Counted from the first letter of the whole stretch, positions 24,873 through 37,887 are shown. The stretch is 63,789 nt of DNA, filler included, from Octopus bimaculoides (GCF_001194135.2; 6 parts of 6 records of this genome joined end to end with filler, not necessarily neighbours in it); one strand, 5' to 3'. Translations and numbers: made by a program. The notes: a model not told the origin generated them from the sequence alone.

Positions 24873-26314
24873 NNNNNNNNNNNNNNNNNNNNNNNNNNNN
24901 NNNNNNNNNNNNNNNNNNNNNNNNNNNNNNNNNNNNNNNNNNNNNNNNNNNNNNNNNNNNNNNNNNNNNNNNNNNNNNNNNNNNNNNNNNNNNNNNNNNN
25001 NNNNNNNNNNNNNNNNNNNNNNNNNNNNNNNNNNNNNNNNNNNNNNNNNNNNNNNNNNNNNNNNNNNNNNNNNNNNNNNNNNNNNNNNNNNNNNNNNNNN
25101 NNNNNNNNNNNNNNNNNNNNNNNNNNNNNNNNNNNNNNNNNNNNNNNNNNNNNNNNNNNNNNNNNNNNNNNNNNNNNNNNNNNNNNNNNNNNNNNNNNNN
25201 NNNNNNNNNNNNNNNNNNNNNNNNNNNNNNNNNNNNNNNNNNNNNNNNNNNNNNNNNNNNNNNNNNNNNNNNNNNNNNNNNNNNNNNNNNNNNNNNNNNN
25301 NNNNNNNNNNNNNNNNNNNNNNNNNNNNNNNNNNNNNNNNNNNNNNNNNNNNNNNNNNNNNNNNNNNNNNNNNNNNNNNNNNNNNNNNNNNNNNNNNNNN
25401 NNNNNNNNNNNNNNNNNNNNNNNNNNNNNNNNNNNNNNNNNNNNNNNNNNNNNNNNNNNNNNNNNNNNNNNNNNNNNNTATATATATATATATATATATG
25501 CATATATTATTATTAATAATAAAGAATATGGAGACTTGTTCATCCACAAAATTTATTTTATATATAATTTTATACAACATATAATAACCTATACATGTTT
25601 CTGCTGCACTAACTATTCACAGTTACAGGCAATTTTTACTGTCCAGCGAAGTGTACATGCAATTACCCATTGGAAGAATTCACAGAGTGACTAGCAGCAG
25701 ATAGTGGTTACAGATGTCAAATACTGATTGAAGTGGTTAGTGGTTAACTGGAACTTAACTGAGAACCAATACAGTATCTGCCCAGATAATATATCCCTCC
25801 TTTATGCATATATCAAATCTCTGTTGATTCATTGGAAGTGATGAATTACAGGGCTTAATACAAATGTAGAGTATTCTTTTATACATTCTAACTGAAAGGC
25901 TTTGATTTCCAGTACTCTAAGTTACTTGTTTCTGGCCATCAGCTGATAAATCAAGCCTGGTTTTCTTTTTTAATATCCATTGACTGAATATTTTTTGAAA
26001 TATGAAATGTATGTTTGAAGGAAATGCTTATCCTTATATTCTTTTATTTGAAACTTTTGTAAATGACGTGTGTGATAGTGGCTGCTTCAAGCTCATGCTT
26101 TTGATTTCATTTCTGGTTCTCATAGTATTATTATTATAAACGTCATAAACCTCATACACTTGAAGTCATGGAATTGCTTAGGTGTTTAAGCAATGTTCCA
26201 AAATGATATTTTTAAGCAATGTTTCTTAATTAATGTATTCAATTAATGTCTTCAAAAACAATGAGTGTGTATGAGGTTATTAATTTTGCATGTGCCTATG
26301 CCTGTGCAGATGCA

Positions 26315-26345
<31 letters not shown>

Positions 26346-27066
26346 GTACACACATAGACATACATATATTTACACAGAATTATATATTCATGCAGACATG
26401 CATACATACATGTATACAAATACACATATGCTTATATAGATATGTTCACATCGAGAGTTTCACACATACATATTAAAACATATATCAATAAAACCTATTA
26501 ATCACTCATTCTGAAAACCAACGTTTTTTCCTGAATCAGAATGAAATTCAAAGAGGCCTAAAAGATTTTTATCCACATGCATACAAGATGTTAACAGCTC
26601 ATTTCTTTTTGCTCAAACAAAGGTCATACTATATTTTGATTGGAAGTCCCCATTCCCGTAAGGCTGAACATTATCTACAATAGACCAGGTAATTTTGAAT
26701 CTATGAGGACTTGTTTCACGTAAGAACCATCACATTTTCTGTCTTGGCTGATGAATTTTTATGCTTGTATTAACGGTTTTTGAATATGTGTTCCTTTACC
26801 CCAACATATGTTTTAAGTTGATCACTGGTGTTTGATTCAACCTTTTCATTGTATACTATTGACTTGCCAGGCAGTTACAGTCTAGTGGACAGTTCTCATG
26901 AACTCTAAAGTTACATGATCTTTGATGACTAGCTGTTTGCATCTCTTGTCTATTCAGCTTCTTAGCATTATAACCTGAAGATCCAAAAGTTTTGCAAGCT
27001 GAATAGCTCTTATTCAATAGTTCCTATTCAATATTTTTTTATACTTATGCCCTTTATATGTGTGTA

Positions 27067-27128
<62 letters not shown>

Positions 27129-27133
27129 GAAAG

Positions 27134-27164
<31 letters not shown>

Positions 27165-28836
27165 TTTTGGTACAGGTTCAGTTTTTTTGTTAGAAAGTGA
27201 TGAAGTCAGTTGAATCAATCACAGTTAATTACTGATTCTAATTTTACTCGCAATTGTCTTTTGATGATAACAGTCAGTGAGATTAAGTTTAAGTTGAGGG
27301 GATTTTAGCCTTAATCTGTCTGTTTGCATTTTTCTAGAATGTTATTACCATTTTTTCTTGAATCCCTAAAATGGGAGACTTGGTGACTGTCCATGACAAG
27401 TTTAACAATGTTTCTCTCTTTGTTTCCATGTGTGTGTGTGTTCTCTACACACTTAGCCACATGCACACACCCACATATGCATACATACACTCACTCATAC
27501 ACACACATACATACACTCACATACACACACGCTCGTGCATACATACAAAGATATATATATGTAAGTATATATGTATAGTGCATGTATACACTCACATATA
27601 CACATACCTATATGCTTACACACACACATTGACACATATATGTACCAACGTGCAAATATATTTATGTATGTATAAATGCATATGCATATGCACACATTTA
27701 CACACATATATGTATGCTTACGTGCACACACACAAGTGCACACACACACTTGTGCATGTGCACACAAACACACACACACGCATACACATGGAGTAATCAT
27801 TGAGGTTTAGGCTTTGTGATAAAAAGAGGAAATTTCAGCAATGATGATGATAATGTTCAAGTAATTACCCTCCCCCAGTTCAAAGTATTATGGAAATGTT
27901 ATAAATTTCCAAACTAACAAATGACAAAATGATAGAACTTAAGAGTCAGTTTTGGTTTCCATTTATTTTCATGGATTTCAACAATGGAAATGCAATTTAT
28001 ATATTTTAAGTAATGTAAATGGAAGTAGGCAAAGCTTGTCTAGAATGGAATAATATTGTTATAAATGATGACAGTAAAACATTAAAAAATGCTTTCAACT
28101 GAAATACACGGGGATGAAAAACCTTAATACTCCCATTTTTTTTTATGGCTGTAAATGCTGAATTGGTAATAATGAGCTTTTTTTCAGTACATAAGCAAGG
28201 GTTTTGAATTTAATATTCTTCCAATATTCACTAAGTCCGTTTTTGAATTGGCTGGTTGTCTTTGACTCAACAACTTCCCTTGATAATCAATTCTGTAGTT
28301 TCAATGGATCCTGTTTGTGAAGTTTTGTTTTTTTTGTTGTTGCTTGTTGCAAAACTACTTAAATAGTGTATTTGAATGGCTGCTTATTGATGATTGATGA
28401 AATTCTAAGAGTTTGTGTTTGTTGAGAATAACTTTGCCTATCGTTTTAGTTGAAATATTTCTCTCATATTCCAACGTTTTCCATTTGTGGAGCATAAATC
28501 AAGTTTTGCTTTATATAATTCTTTCAAATTTCTCAATCACTTTTCTCTACTTTACACATGAAGAGCCTGGAAAGGGTGAAAAACATCAAGTTTTCTCTTT
28601 TTGGCTATGAGGTAGTTACAGTGAACATTTATACACAAAAATAGTTATTCATTAAAATATACACAGACACACTTGTTATATACCCATAACAAACACACCA
28701 GAACATAATCATAATCTCAAATTACTTTCATGCACACATGCACACATAAGAACACACATACACATTCACAAGCACACACTCATATATGGTTTCTTATCCA
28801 CACACACATATGCCCTTATGCATACATGTATATATA

Positions 28837-29070
28837 CCAGGTGCAGCATATACATTTGTCCATTATTTAAATATAATAAGTCATACACTCCAGTTGCAAA
28901 AAGATTAAGAGCTACAGTGAAAGCAAAGGGTGGCCATTTTGAAATGTAAATATATATATAATATTGTTAATAAATATAACAATCAGCTTGCAAGCTTTCT
29001 TTAACCAACACCTAAAACTTTTTGTTCTATGATAATATGAAAAATGCATAAATATATATGCTGTACCCAG
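28837..29070 (+). mobile_element. 234-bp Tc1-derived MITE
   Basis: TIRs CCAGGTGCAGCATATACATTT versus reverse complement CTGGGTACAGCATATATATTT (17/21). Retains the Tc1 C-terminus PVAKRLRATVKAKGGHFEM*. Confidence 0.75.
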
Positions 29071-29794
29071 AATTCATATATATTTATTTAAACTGAGAGT
29101 TTGATCATTGCTTGAGTTTTACACTTCATGATCTCTCTGCTGAATGTACAAGATATTCAGACTGCTACATTTGTTGGTGAACACATTCTACCTATCATTT
29201 TCATTGCTCATTGACTGCATGTGTGGGATAAGGAGAGTGTTTATAGCTATCATGTCAATCAAGTATAGTTCTTTATGGTTACTACTATCATACAATCTCT
29301 CTACTATACTGTCACTATTCTGTCATCCTTGGATATTTATCCTTTCAGCATTTGGGATCAGTTTTTGAACACAAACCTATTTTGCTGCCTACATTGAAAC
29401 ACAATCTTATTTTTCCTTCTGAGTAGTATAGTTGTTGTGTTATAATCCTTTCTACTATCAGGTTGAGTAAAAAGTAAGCAACATTTTGAACCATGAAGAA
29501 TTTGTCTTGGATTTTGCAGAGTATGAATAATGAATCATATGTATGTATGTTCCTTCAAGATATGTATGTCTTTTTGAGAGCTGTCTTTTTGAGAGCTGTC
29601 TTTTTGAATGACAAGTGCAATCTGTCTGGCAGGCTTCCATACAATTTCTCCTCTACTTACTTTTACTCACAAGGCAATCCAAAACACTTGCCCAAGATGC
29701 CATGCAATGATATCAAACGCCAAACCAATTTGGCTACATTTCACATGCATATATATCATCATCGTCATCATCATTGTTTAACATCCACCATAAG

Positions 29795-30100
29795 ATAAAA
29801 TAAGTACCAGTTGAGCACCAGGGTCGATGTAATCAATTTACCTGCTTCTCCCAACTTGCTGGCCTTGTGCCAAAATTTGAAAAGAGGCAGGGAATTGGCA
29901 GAATTGTTAGCACACCAGGTAAAATGCTTAGCATTTCATCTGTCTTTATGTTCGGAGTTCAAATTTCGTCGAGGTTGACTTTGCCTTTCATCCTTTTGGA
30001 GTTGATAAAATAAATACCAGTTGAGCACTAGGGTCAATGTAATCGACTTACTCTCTTCTCCAAAATTGCTGGCCTTGTGCCAAAATTTGAAATCAATATT
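29795..30100 (+). mobile_element. SINE family B, tandem partial plus full copy, CpG-decayed
   Basis: GGCAGGGAATTGGCAGAATTGTTAGCACACCAGG versus CpG-intact GGCGGCGAGCTGGCAGAAACGTTAGCACGCCGGG elsewhere. Confidence 0.85.
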
Positions 30101-30807
30101 TTGCTTAGACAACTGTAAGCTAATGAAGATCTTTGCATAATTTCTTGCTCCTTTCTCATTTATATAATTTTATATTATGCTCTGTACTTGACTAACTCTT
30201 TATTCCGAAGCATATAAATATATACATACACACACACCTGCATGCACACACAAACACACGCGCACACACACACACACACACACACATGCATACATGCACA
30301 CACACACATGCATACATGCACACACACACATGCATACATGCATATGCACACACACTATCAAACACACACATGAACATGCATGTGCATGCACACATGCATG
30401 TGCCTGCACACACATGCATGTACCTGATCACACATGCATGTACACACACACATGCCTGCACGCATGCACACACACACACACACACACTCACACATACTGA
30501 CCTGAAAAAAGCAGTCAGTAATGAGAACAAAGCGTGATATTTAAAAATGTTAAATTAGTGATGTTTTGTGAATAAAATCAATATGTGAAGTGATGTGGTG
30601 GAAGGGTAGATACTAAATCAATAACATGATGTGTATCCATTGTCCACTGGGGAAAGAATTACTCAGCTAGATGCCATTATACATTTGGGTGGAGTGGGGG
30701 AGATTGCATGTTGTTATATAATAGAATGGGAAAGTCTTTAGTTCAACCAAAGAGTGTTCCATGGGTACTGGAAATTCTCTTTTCCCTTAAGTATTCATAT
30801 ATATTAT

Positions 30808-30969
30808 AGGTGCAGGCATGGCTGCTTAGTAAGAAGCTTGCTTCCAAACCACGTGGTTCCAGGTTCAGTTCCACTTCGTAGCACCTTGGGCAAGTATATT
30901 CTACTGTAACCTCAGGCTGACCAAAGTCTTGTGAGAGGATTTGGTAGGTGGAAACTGAAAGAAGCCTGT
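30808..30969 (+). mobile_element. SINE family A, 5' half, CpG-decayed
   Basis: AGGTGCAGGCATGGCTG...GGAAACTGAAAGAAGCCTGTTG. Confidence 0.85.
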
Positions 30970-31299
30970 TGAGTGTGTGTGTGTGCGTGTATGTGTATAT
31001 ATATATATATATATATATNNNNNNNNNNNNNNNNNNNNNNNNNNNNNNNNNNNNNNNNNNNNNNNNNNNNNNNNNNNNNNNNNNNNNNNNNNNNNNNNNN
31101 NNNNNNNNNNNNNNNNNNNNNNNNNNNNNNNNNNNNNNNNNNNNNNNNNNNNNNNNNNNNNNNNNNNNNNNNNNNNNNNNNNNNNNNNNNNNNNNNNNNN
31201 NNNNNNNNNNNNNNNNNNNNNNNNNNNNNNNNNNNNNNNNNNNNNNNNNNNNNNNNNNNNNNNNNNNCATAACAAGTTTTATTCTACAGATTTCGAATG

Positions 31300-31560
31300 A
31301 AAAATTCTGTGAGATGATAATTTTATAATGTTCCAAAGTTATCACAGTTCTTTGAGATGGTACAGAATGCATTCACTTTTGGTAAGTCACTTTCATGTTC
31401 GATTGTGCCATGTGGATTTTCTTTGCCCCAAATGTGAACAATTTGCATGTTCACTTTGCCATTCGTATGGAATGTGGCTTTGTTGCTGAAAACAAGATAG
31501 TTTTCAAAGTTGCCATCTTCAAGTTTCTCTTGCATATCTTCACAGAACGTTTTACATAAA
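31300..31560 (-). pseudogene. Tc1/mariner-superfamily transposase catalytic fragment
   Basis: FCEDMQEKLEDGNFENYLVFSNKATFHTNGKVNMQIVHIWGKENPH...PKVNAFCTIS resembles FSDEATFH.NG.VN..N..IWG.ENPH...SPKVNVFCAIS. Confidence 0.85.
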
Positions 31561-32227
31561 CACTAAAGAGAAAAGTACAGGACAAAATACCAAAAGAAGA
31601 TAACTCCTCATCAGTTGTCAACTGTTTATTACTACCCATTTTGTGCTTTTAATGACAAGATAGGAATACTTCATAAGACAGCAACATCCAGAAATTTTTA
31701 AAATCTAAAATTTGTGGAGAGTTAGGGCTTTGAATGAACAAACAATAACAGAGTGGACATACAGAGTAAACAATCAATGAAGACAAGCATTAAAGGCCAT
31801 TAGGCCAAGACAAATTGTAATGGGTAATGCCCGGGAGAAATTTTGAAAGGATATAGAATAAATAGAAGAGAAGAAAATAGTAAAATAGATAAAAAGTGTC
31901 AAGAGGGAAATGATATCCAGCAAGATGGACGCCGCATCCAAAAAAGACCGAGGTGAGAAAAAAGCTCTATAATCATGTGATCAACAGGCAGAGTGGAAGA
32001 GGGACAAGAGAGAGGATGAGGAAAAGAAAGTGGGATGAGAGAGAGGATGAGGGAAAGAAAGAAAAGGAGTGAGGAGAAGGGAGAAGGAACGAAAGTTGGT
32101 AGGGTGTGAAAGAAAGATAAAGTGGGATGGGGTGAAAAGGAAAATCTAGAGGATTACAGAGCGATAGAGAGACTTTCATCAAACAAATGGATCTCATTAC
32201 CTTTTTTTATTTAAAGCCTGCTACTTA

Positions 32228-32545
32228 TTCTAATGGTCCCTTTTGCCAACTCCCGAAGTTACAGGGACATAAACAAACCAACATAATTCGTCATGTGAAG
32301 GGGTAACAAACACAAACACATACACATACGTATGCACACACACACACACATACATATATGTATGCAAACACACACAAATACACACATACACACACACACA
32401 CATACATATACAAACAGGACGGGCTTCCACACAGTTGCTATCTACCTAATTCACTCACAAGGCATTGGTCAGCTTGGAGTAGAAGACACTTGCCCAAGGT
32501 GCCATGCCATGCAGTAGGACTGAACATGAGAATACATGATTGCAA
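32228..32545 (-). mobile_element. SINE family A, degenerate
   Basis: GACACTTGCCCAAGGTGCC...GGACTGAAC and the 3' body are recognisable. Confidence 0.8.
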
Positions 32546-32559
32546 AGCAAGCTCCTTAG

Positions 32560-33006
32560 CCCCATTTACCTACCTACCTACCTACCTACCTACCTACCTA
32601 CCTATCTACCTACTTGCTTATCGACCTACCTACCTACCTACCTACCTACCTACCAACCTACATGTATGTATGTATGCATGCATGTATGTATGTATGCATG
32701 TATGCATATATGCATGCATGTATGTATGCATGTATGAATGTACATATGTATGTATGAATGTATGAATGGATGTATGCATGTATGCATGTATGAATGTATG
32801 TATGTATACATGTATGCACGTATGTATGAATGTATGTATGTATGTATGCATGTATGTATGTATGTATGTATGTGTGTATGGATATATATATGTATGTATG
32901 TATGAATGTACATATGTATCTATGAATGTATGTATGGATGTATGTATGAATGGATGTATGCATGTATGCATGTATGTATGAATGTATGTATGTATGTATG
33001 CATGTA

Positions 33007-33056
<50 letters not shown>
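32560..33056. repeat. (CCTA)n/(ATGT)n/(TA)n compound microsatellite
   Basis: Directly visible. Confidence 0.95.
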
Positions 33057-33242
33057 NNNNNNNNNNATTTTGCATTAGTTTTTCCATGCTAGCATAAGTT
33101 AGACAGTGACTTATTTGAGGGTAGTATTTTATGGTTGGATGCATTTCCAACTCCCAATCTTTACCTGTTTTTCAGGTATAGGACTTTTGTTTTTATTCCA
33201 TTGTACTTTCAAAGCACAAAGTTTAGGATATATTGTCTACAC

Positions 33243-33937
33243 CAGTGCTACTCAAAGTAGTGGTCTGCAGACCGGTGCTGGTCCACGACCCCTGAGCTGC
33301 CAGTACACGGCAAGTTTCCAGAAAAGAAAGAAACATTATAAAATGCTTATAAAATGTTTATGTAATGTTGTATTATTTTTACTCTTTTATTCTTTTACTT
33401 GTTTCAGTCATTTGACTGCGGCCATGCTGGAGTACCACCTTTAGTCGAGCAAATCGACCCCGGACTTATTCTTTGTAAGCCTAGTACTTACTCTATTGGT
33501 CTCTTTTGCAGAACCACTAAGTCACGGAGACGTAAACACACCAGCATCGGTTGTCAAGCAATGTTGGGGGGGACAAACACAGACACACAAACATATACAC
33601 ACACACACATACATATATATACATATATATGACGGGCTTCTTTCAGTTTCTGTCTACCAAATCCACTCACAAGGCTTTGGTCGACCCGAGGCTATAGTAG
33701 AAGACATTTGCCCAAGGTGCCACGCAGTAGGACTGAAACTGGAACCATGTGGTTGGTAAGCAAGCTACTTACCACACAGCCACTCCTCGAAGATAAAAAA
33801 AATTGTCAGCTTTTATTATATTCATTATATATATTGTTTCCGGTATAAATTAATATTACTAAGAAATATTATTGGTCTCTGGCACATTGGAAAAAAAATC
33901 TGCTGGTACACCACATCAGATAGTTTGAAAAGCACTG
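33243..33937. mobile_element. hAT (Charlie-like) MITE with nested SINE
   Basis: TIR CAGTGCTACTCAAA at 33243 and TTTGAAAAGCACTG ending 33937. 8-bp TSD GTCTACAC/GTCTACAT (7/8). Confidence 0.85.
33380..33787 (-). mobile_element. SINE family A, full length
   Basis: Complete tail-to-head match on the minus strand. Confidence 0.92.
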
Positions 33938-34268
33938 GTCTACATCAAATTACTGATTTGCCCTGGCTGTCAAAAGAAATGATGTGAAATAACAAAGATG
34001 TTATTTCACATCTTCCACCTATTCACAAGCATGCATACACACTCACATGCAAACTCACGCACACACACACACAAACACACAGACACACACATAAACAATA
34101 GGTGAGGACTGGATATGCTTAGATTAGAAAACATGCAGCATTGCTCAAAAGGATTTAAACTTAAACTCTGAATTCTTTGTCCAAGGCATGGCCTACACCA
34201 TCAAGAAATCCAAATGAAGCTGATATAAAAGTAGTAATGGAGATAAATACAGTTAGACTTGATATTAA

Positions 34269-34476
34269 TATATTTACATGGAGTACAAAAAATACAGAAT
34301 ACAAGCACAGAATAAGATAAGAAAATATATATTTTCAAAACTCGACAGCTGTTTCAGGAAGCCTGAATTACACAACTCTACGCTTCTTGAAAAAGCTGTT
34401 GAGGTTTGAAATTACATATTTTCTTGTCTTACTCTGTACATTTATTCTGTATTTTTCAATGCTCCATGTAAATATA
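34269..34476. repeat. about 208-bp imperfect fold-back (about 90-bp arms)
   Basis: TATATTTACATGGAG...CTCGACAGCTGTTTCAGGAAGC pairs with GCTTCTTGAAAAAGCTGTTGAG...CTCCATGTAAATATA. Confidence 0.85.
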
Positions 34477-34609
34477 CCTATATCAAGCATACCTGTGTTT
34501 ATCTCTATTGCTATCTCTCTCGATATATATGTATATGTGTATATATGTATATAAGACCTCATAAGACTGGTCTCCCGCATTCTGTGGCATATATATCCAA
34601 TCCACTAAT

Positions 34610-34740
34610 TGGCTGGGATGCTGGTTCATCACAGGATTACTCATTTCTACCAGCTGAGTGATGTGGAGTAACGTGAAATGAAGTGTTTTGCTTAAAAACA
34701 TAATGCATCACTCAATCTAGGACTCAAAACCACAATCTTA
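34610..34740 (-). mobile_element. SINE family E fragment, CpG-decayed
   Basis: AACGTGAAATGAAGTGTTTTGCT matches 15907-15930. Confidence 0.6.
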
Positions 34741-34792
34741 CACACACACGCATGTGCATGTGCATGCATACACACACACACACACACACATG

Positions 34793-34848
<56 letters not shown>

Positions 34849-35021
34849 ACTGACCTTCATACAGTTTTCATCTGTCATTTCCACTCACAAGGCATTGGTT
34901 TNNNNNNNNNNNNNNNNNNNNNNNNNNNNNNNNNNNNNNNNNNNNTTAATTAATTAANNNNNNNNNNNNNNNNNNNNNNNNNNNNNNNNNNNNNNNNNNN
35001 NAAAAGTCCTGTTAAATACAG

Positions 35022-35402
35022 AACTTGTGGGTTTTACGCAGAAATAAAAATAACACTGACATCTCGTTTTAACAGATAAAAATATCTTGAAGTACTAAAG
35101 AGTAAATTTATTCGATAAAATCGCCATTGGCCTCAACCACGGCCTCCAGACGACTTCGGAATCTCTTGCAAATAGGCACCCAAACACTGAAATGTTCGTA
35201 TTGGAGCTTCCGGCGCGAATGCCAAGCAGTACAGCATGTCGTTTCCAAATTTCTGGCAGAGTGAATTGCGTCATGTTGCTGTTTTTCTCACAGACGGTAC
35301 CCAACTGACCCTACTATACTGTGTAGTCGACAAAATCAAAAACAAAGTATGCGCACACGCGAAATAAAAAGTATAAAATGGCAACAATTTACCCATTGCG
35401 CC

Positions 35403-35405
<3 letters not shown>
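35022..35405 (-). mobile_element. internally deleted Tc1/mariner element
   Basis: TA plus TIR CAGGGCGCAATGGGTAAATTG. N-terminus MTQFTLPEIWKRHAVLLGIRAGS joined to C-terminus FRSRLEAVVEANGDFIE*. Confidence 0.88.
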
Positions 35406-35442
<37 letters not shown>

Positions 35443-35507
35443 GTACATGCATACATACATACATGCATACATACCTACATACATACTTGCATACATGCAT
35501 ATATATT

Positions 35508-35861
35508 GGTGTAGGCTTGGCTGTATGGCTGTGTGGTTAAGAAGCTTGCTTATCAACCATTGGTTTTGGGTTCAGCGCACTGTGCGCACCCTGGAAAAGA
35601 AACTTCTACTATAGCCCCAGGCGGACTTAATGCCCTGTGAGTAGATTTGGTGTTAGTGTGTCTTTATATCTGTGTTTGTCTCCACCAGCTGCTCGACAGC
35701 CGGTGTTAGTTTGTTTATGCCCCCATACCACTTCAGTAAAAGGGACCAATAAAATATGTACCAAACTAAAAAAAATATATACTAGGATCAATTACTTCGA
35801 CTAAGCCCTTCAAGCCTGTGCCCCAGCATAGTCGCAGTCCAATGATTGAAACATGTAAAAG
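35508..35861 (+). mobile_element. SINE family A, diverged
   Basis: Head and tail recognisable. Confidence 0.8.
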
Positions 35862-36432
35862 GTAGACATCATTAACACACAGAGGATAATTTTAATTGTA
35901 GTATGTAATGTATAATAATGTATAATAAACATTCAACTGAAGCTTCGTTTTGAAAATAAACAAACTGGTTTTATCACTCTGAAGGCAGAAAAACTGGAAT
36001 CGATGTGAATAGTTTAATCAGGCTTTGGGTAAGATCTATTTAAATAAATACTTTTTATCCAAATCCTGACTACCACATTTTTCTTAGCATATACAATCTA
36101 TACACTACCTCAAACAATCTATACATGCAAAGATATATATACATAGACACACTCGCGCGCACGCATACACACACACGCACACACACACATACATACACAC
36201 ACACATACATACACACACACATTCGTGAGCAGAAAGCGATTATTTTTTTCTCTGCCGAGGTCTAAGAAAAGTAGAAACTAGTCAGCTTGATTTCATTTTT
36301 ATATCTACTGAGAAATAAACCTTCGGTTTTAATACTTTATTTGCAATTCACAGTGAGACTAAATCTCTATGCATATTGAATTCATGCCTTCCATTGCATT
36401 AGGTTTAAATTTATCAAAAAATACTGTGTTGT

Positions 36433-36470
<38 letters not shown>

Positions 36471-36570
36471 NNNNNNNNNNNNNNNNNNNNNNNNNNNNNN
36501 NNNNNNNNNNNNNNTTAATTAATTAANNNNNNNNNNNNNNNNNNNNNNNNNNNNNNNNNNNNNNNNNNNN

Positions 36571-37093
36571 GGGTAAAATATACGAAGCCCATTATACCCA
36601 TCATGACTACCCGTCTGATAAGGGTACACCAAGTACATGCATCACAACCATATGTGCGCGACATGGTGATCTCATATCAAGATAAACCGCGCATGACCTC
36701 GCAGGTGGGACCCAGTTAGAATTTTCTGCAGGTCAAGTAGTCTATTCCGCTCAAAAGGTCCCTGAATAAGGTTTGTTTAAGGATGTTGAACAAAACATCC
36801 ATGTTTCCAAAGGTGAATTATTCAAACCCCAAAGAATTCCTCTCAGCACATGGCTATGATGCTCCCCCACTACTTCTGCTCATGATCAGAGATGCACATA
36901 TCGTCAGCCACCAAGGGACATGCTCAACTGGTTATGGTCAAACAACTGACAAGCAATTCTATGTTATTGAGCAGAATATTTACTGTAGCCCATCTTTTTA
37001 TACCAAGACAAAACAATGTACATGATAACACTTCCAATCAATTAAGATCGGAAGCCATGAGAGCCACTGCCTGGTACTGCATCCGGGCATTCC
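36571..37093 (+). mobile_element. unclassified retroposon-like repeat (family D) ending in (TTA)n
   Basis: Ends CTGGTACTGCATCCGGGCA plus (TTA)n. An internally deleted inverted homologue lies at about 41680-41818. Confidence 0.65.
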
Positions 37094-37118
37094 TTATTAT
37101 TATTATTATTATTATTAC

Positions 37119-37187
<69 letters not shown>

Positions 37188-37204
37188 CATCATCATCATC
37201 ATCA

Positions 37205-37774
37205 TCTTCACTATTATTATTTAGTTTGACTCAGGTTCGGTCTTATTCCTGGTAGGAATTATGTGGATAGCGGGTTACTACCTGTAACCTTAGGTATCCA
37301 CAGGTTTTCAGCAGTCTTTCAAATTCTTTGAACCTTCCTAATAATCCTTGATGTCCCTAAGAGACAAACTTTCTGTAGGAGCTCTACCGGGCATTCCATT
37401 CCAATCTCCTTCAGCCATTTGTCTTATCTTTCCTTACGCACCGATTATTACAGGCAAGACCTTTACTGTTCGCATGCTCCAAATTCTTCCTATTTCAATC
37501 TTTAAGAGATTGAATTTCTTTTTTTTTTTTTTTTGCTTTGTTTTACTTCCTCTTTCTTTACGATCCTGGAATCAAACGGGTATGATGAGTCATTAAGTAA
37601 GTAACTTCGCTTTTCCTTATCTATAATCGTTATGTCTGGTCTATTATTTTTTAACTTCATGTCTGTTTGAATAGGAAAGCCCCACAAAATCTTACGTTTC
37701 TCCGACTCCAGCACTCTTTCAACTCGATAATTGTACCATGTGTTTCCAGCTTCAAATCTCTATTTCTGGTACAA

Positions 37775-37775
<1 letters not shown>
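37205..37775 (-). mobile_element. R4/Dong-like LINE 3' end (restriction-like endonuclease)
   Basis: KILWGFPIQTDMKLKNNRPDITIIDKEK...D..I.KKE motif; (TAA)n/(TGA)n tracts on both sides. Confidence 0.85.
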
Positions 37776-37835
<60 letters not shown>

Positions 37836-37842
37836 CATCATT

Positions 37843-37887
<45 letters not shown>

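Noticed and set aside
28200-28566. Minus-strand acceptor TTTCCAG followed by possible coding sequence
   Set aside because: All frames stop within about 10 codons and later open stretches match nothing I recognise.
31590-31615. Minus-strand CTGATGA-GGAG/CTTC hairpin
   Set aside because: No GAAA follows.
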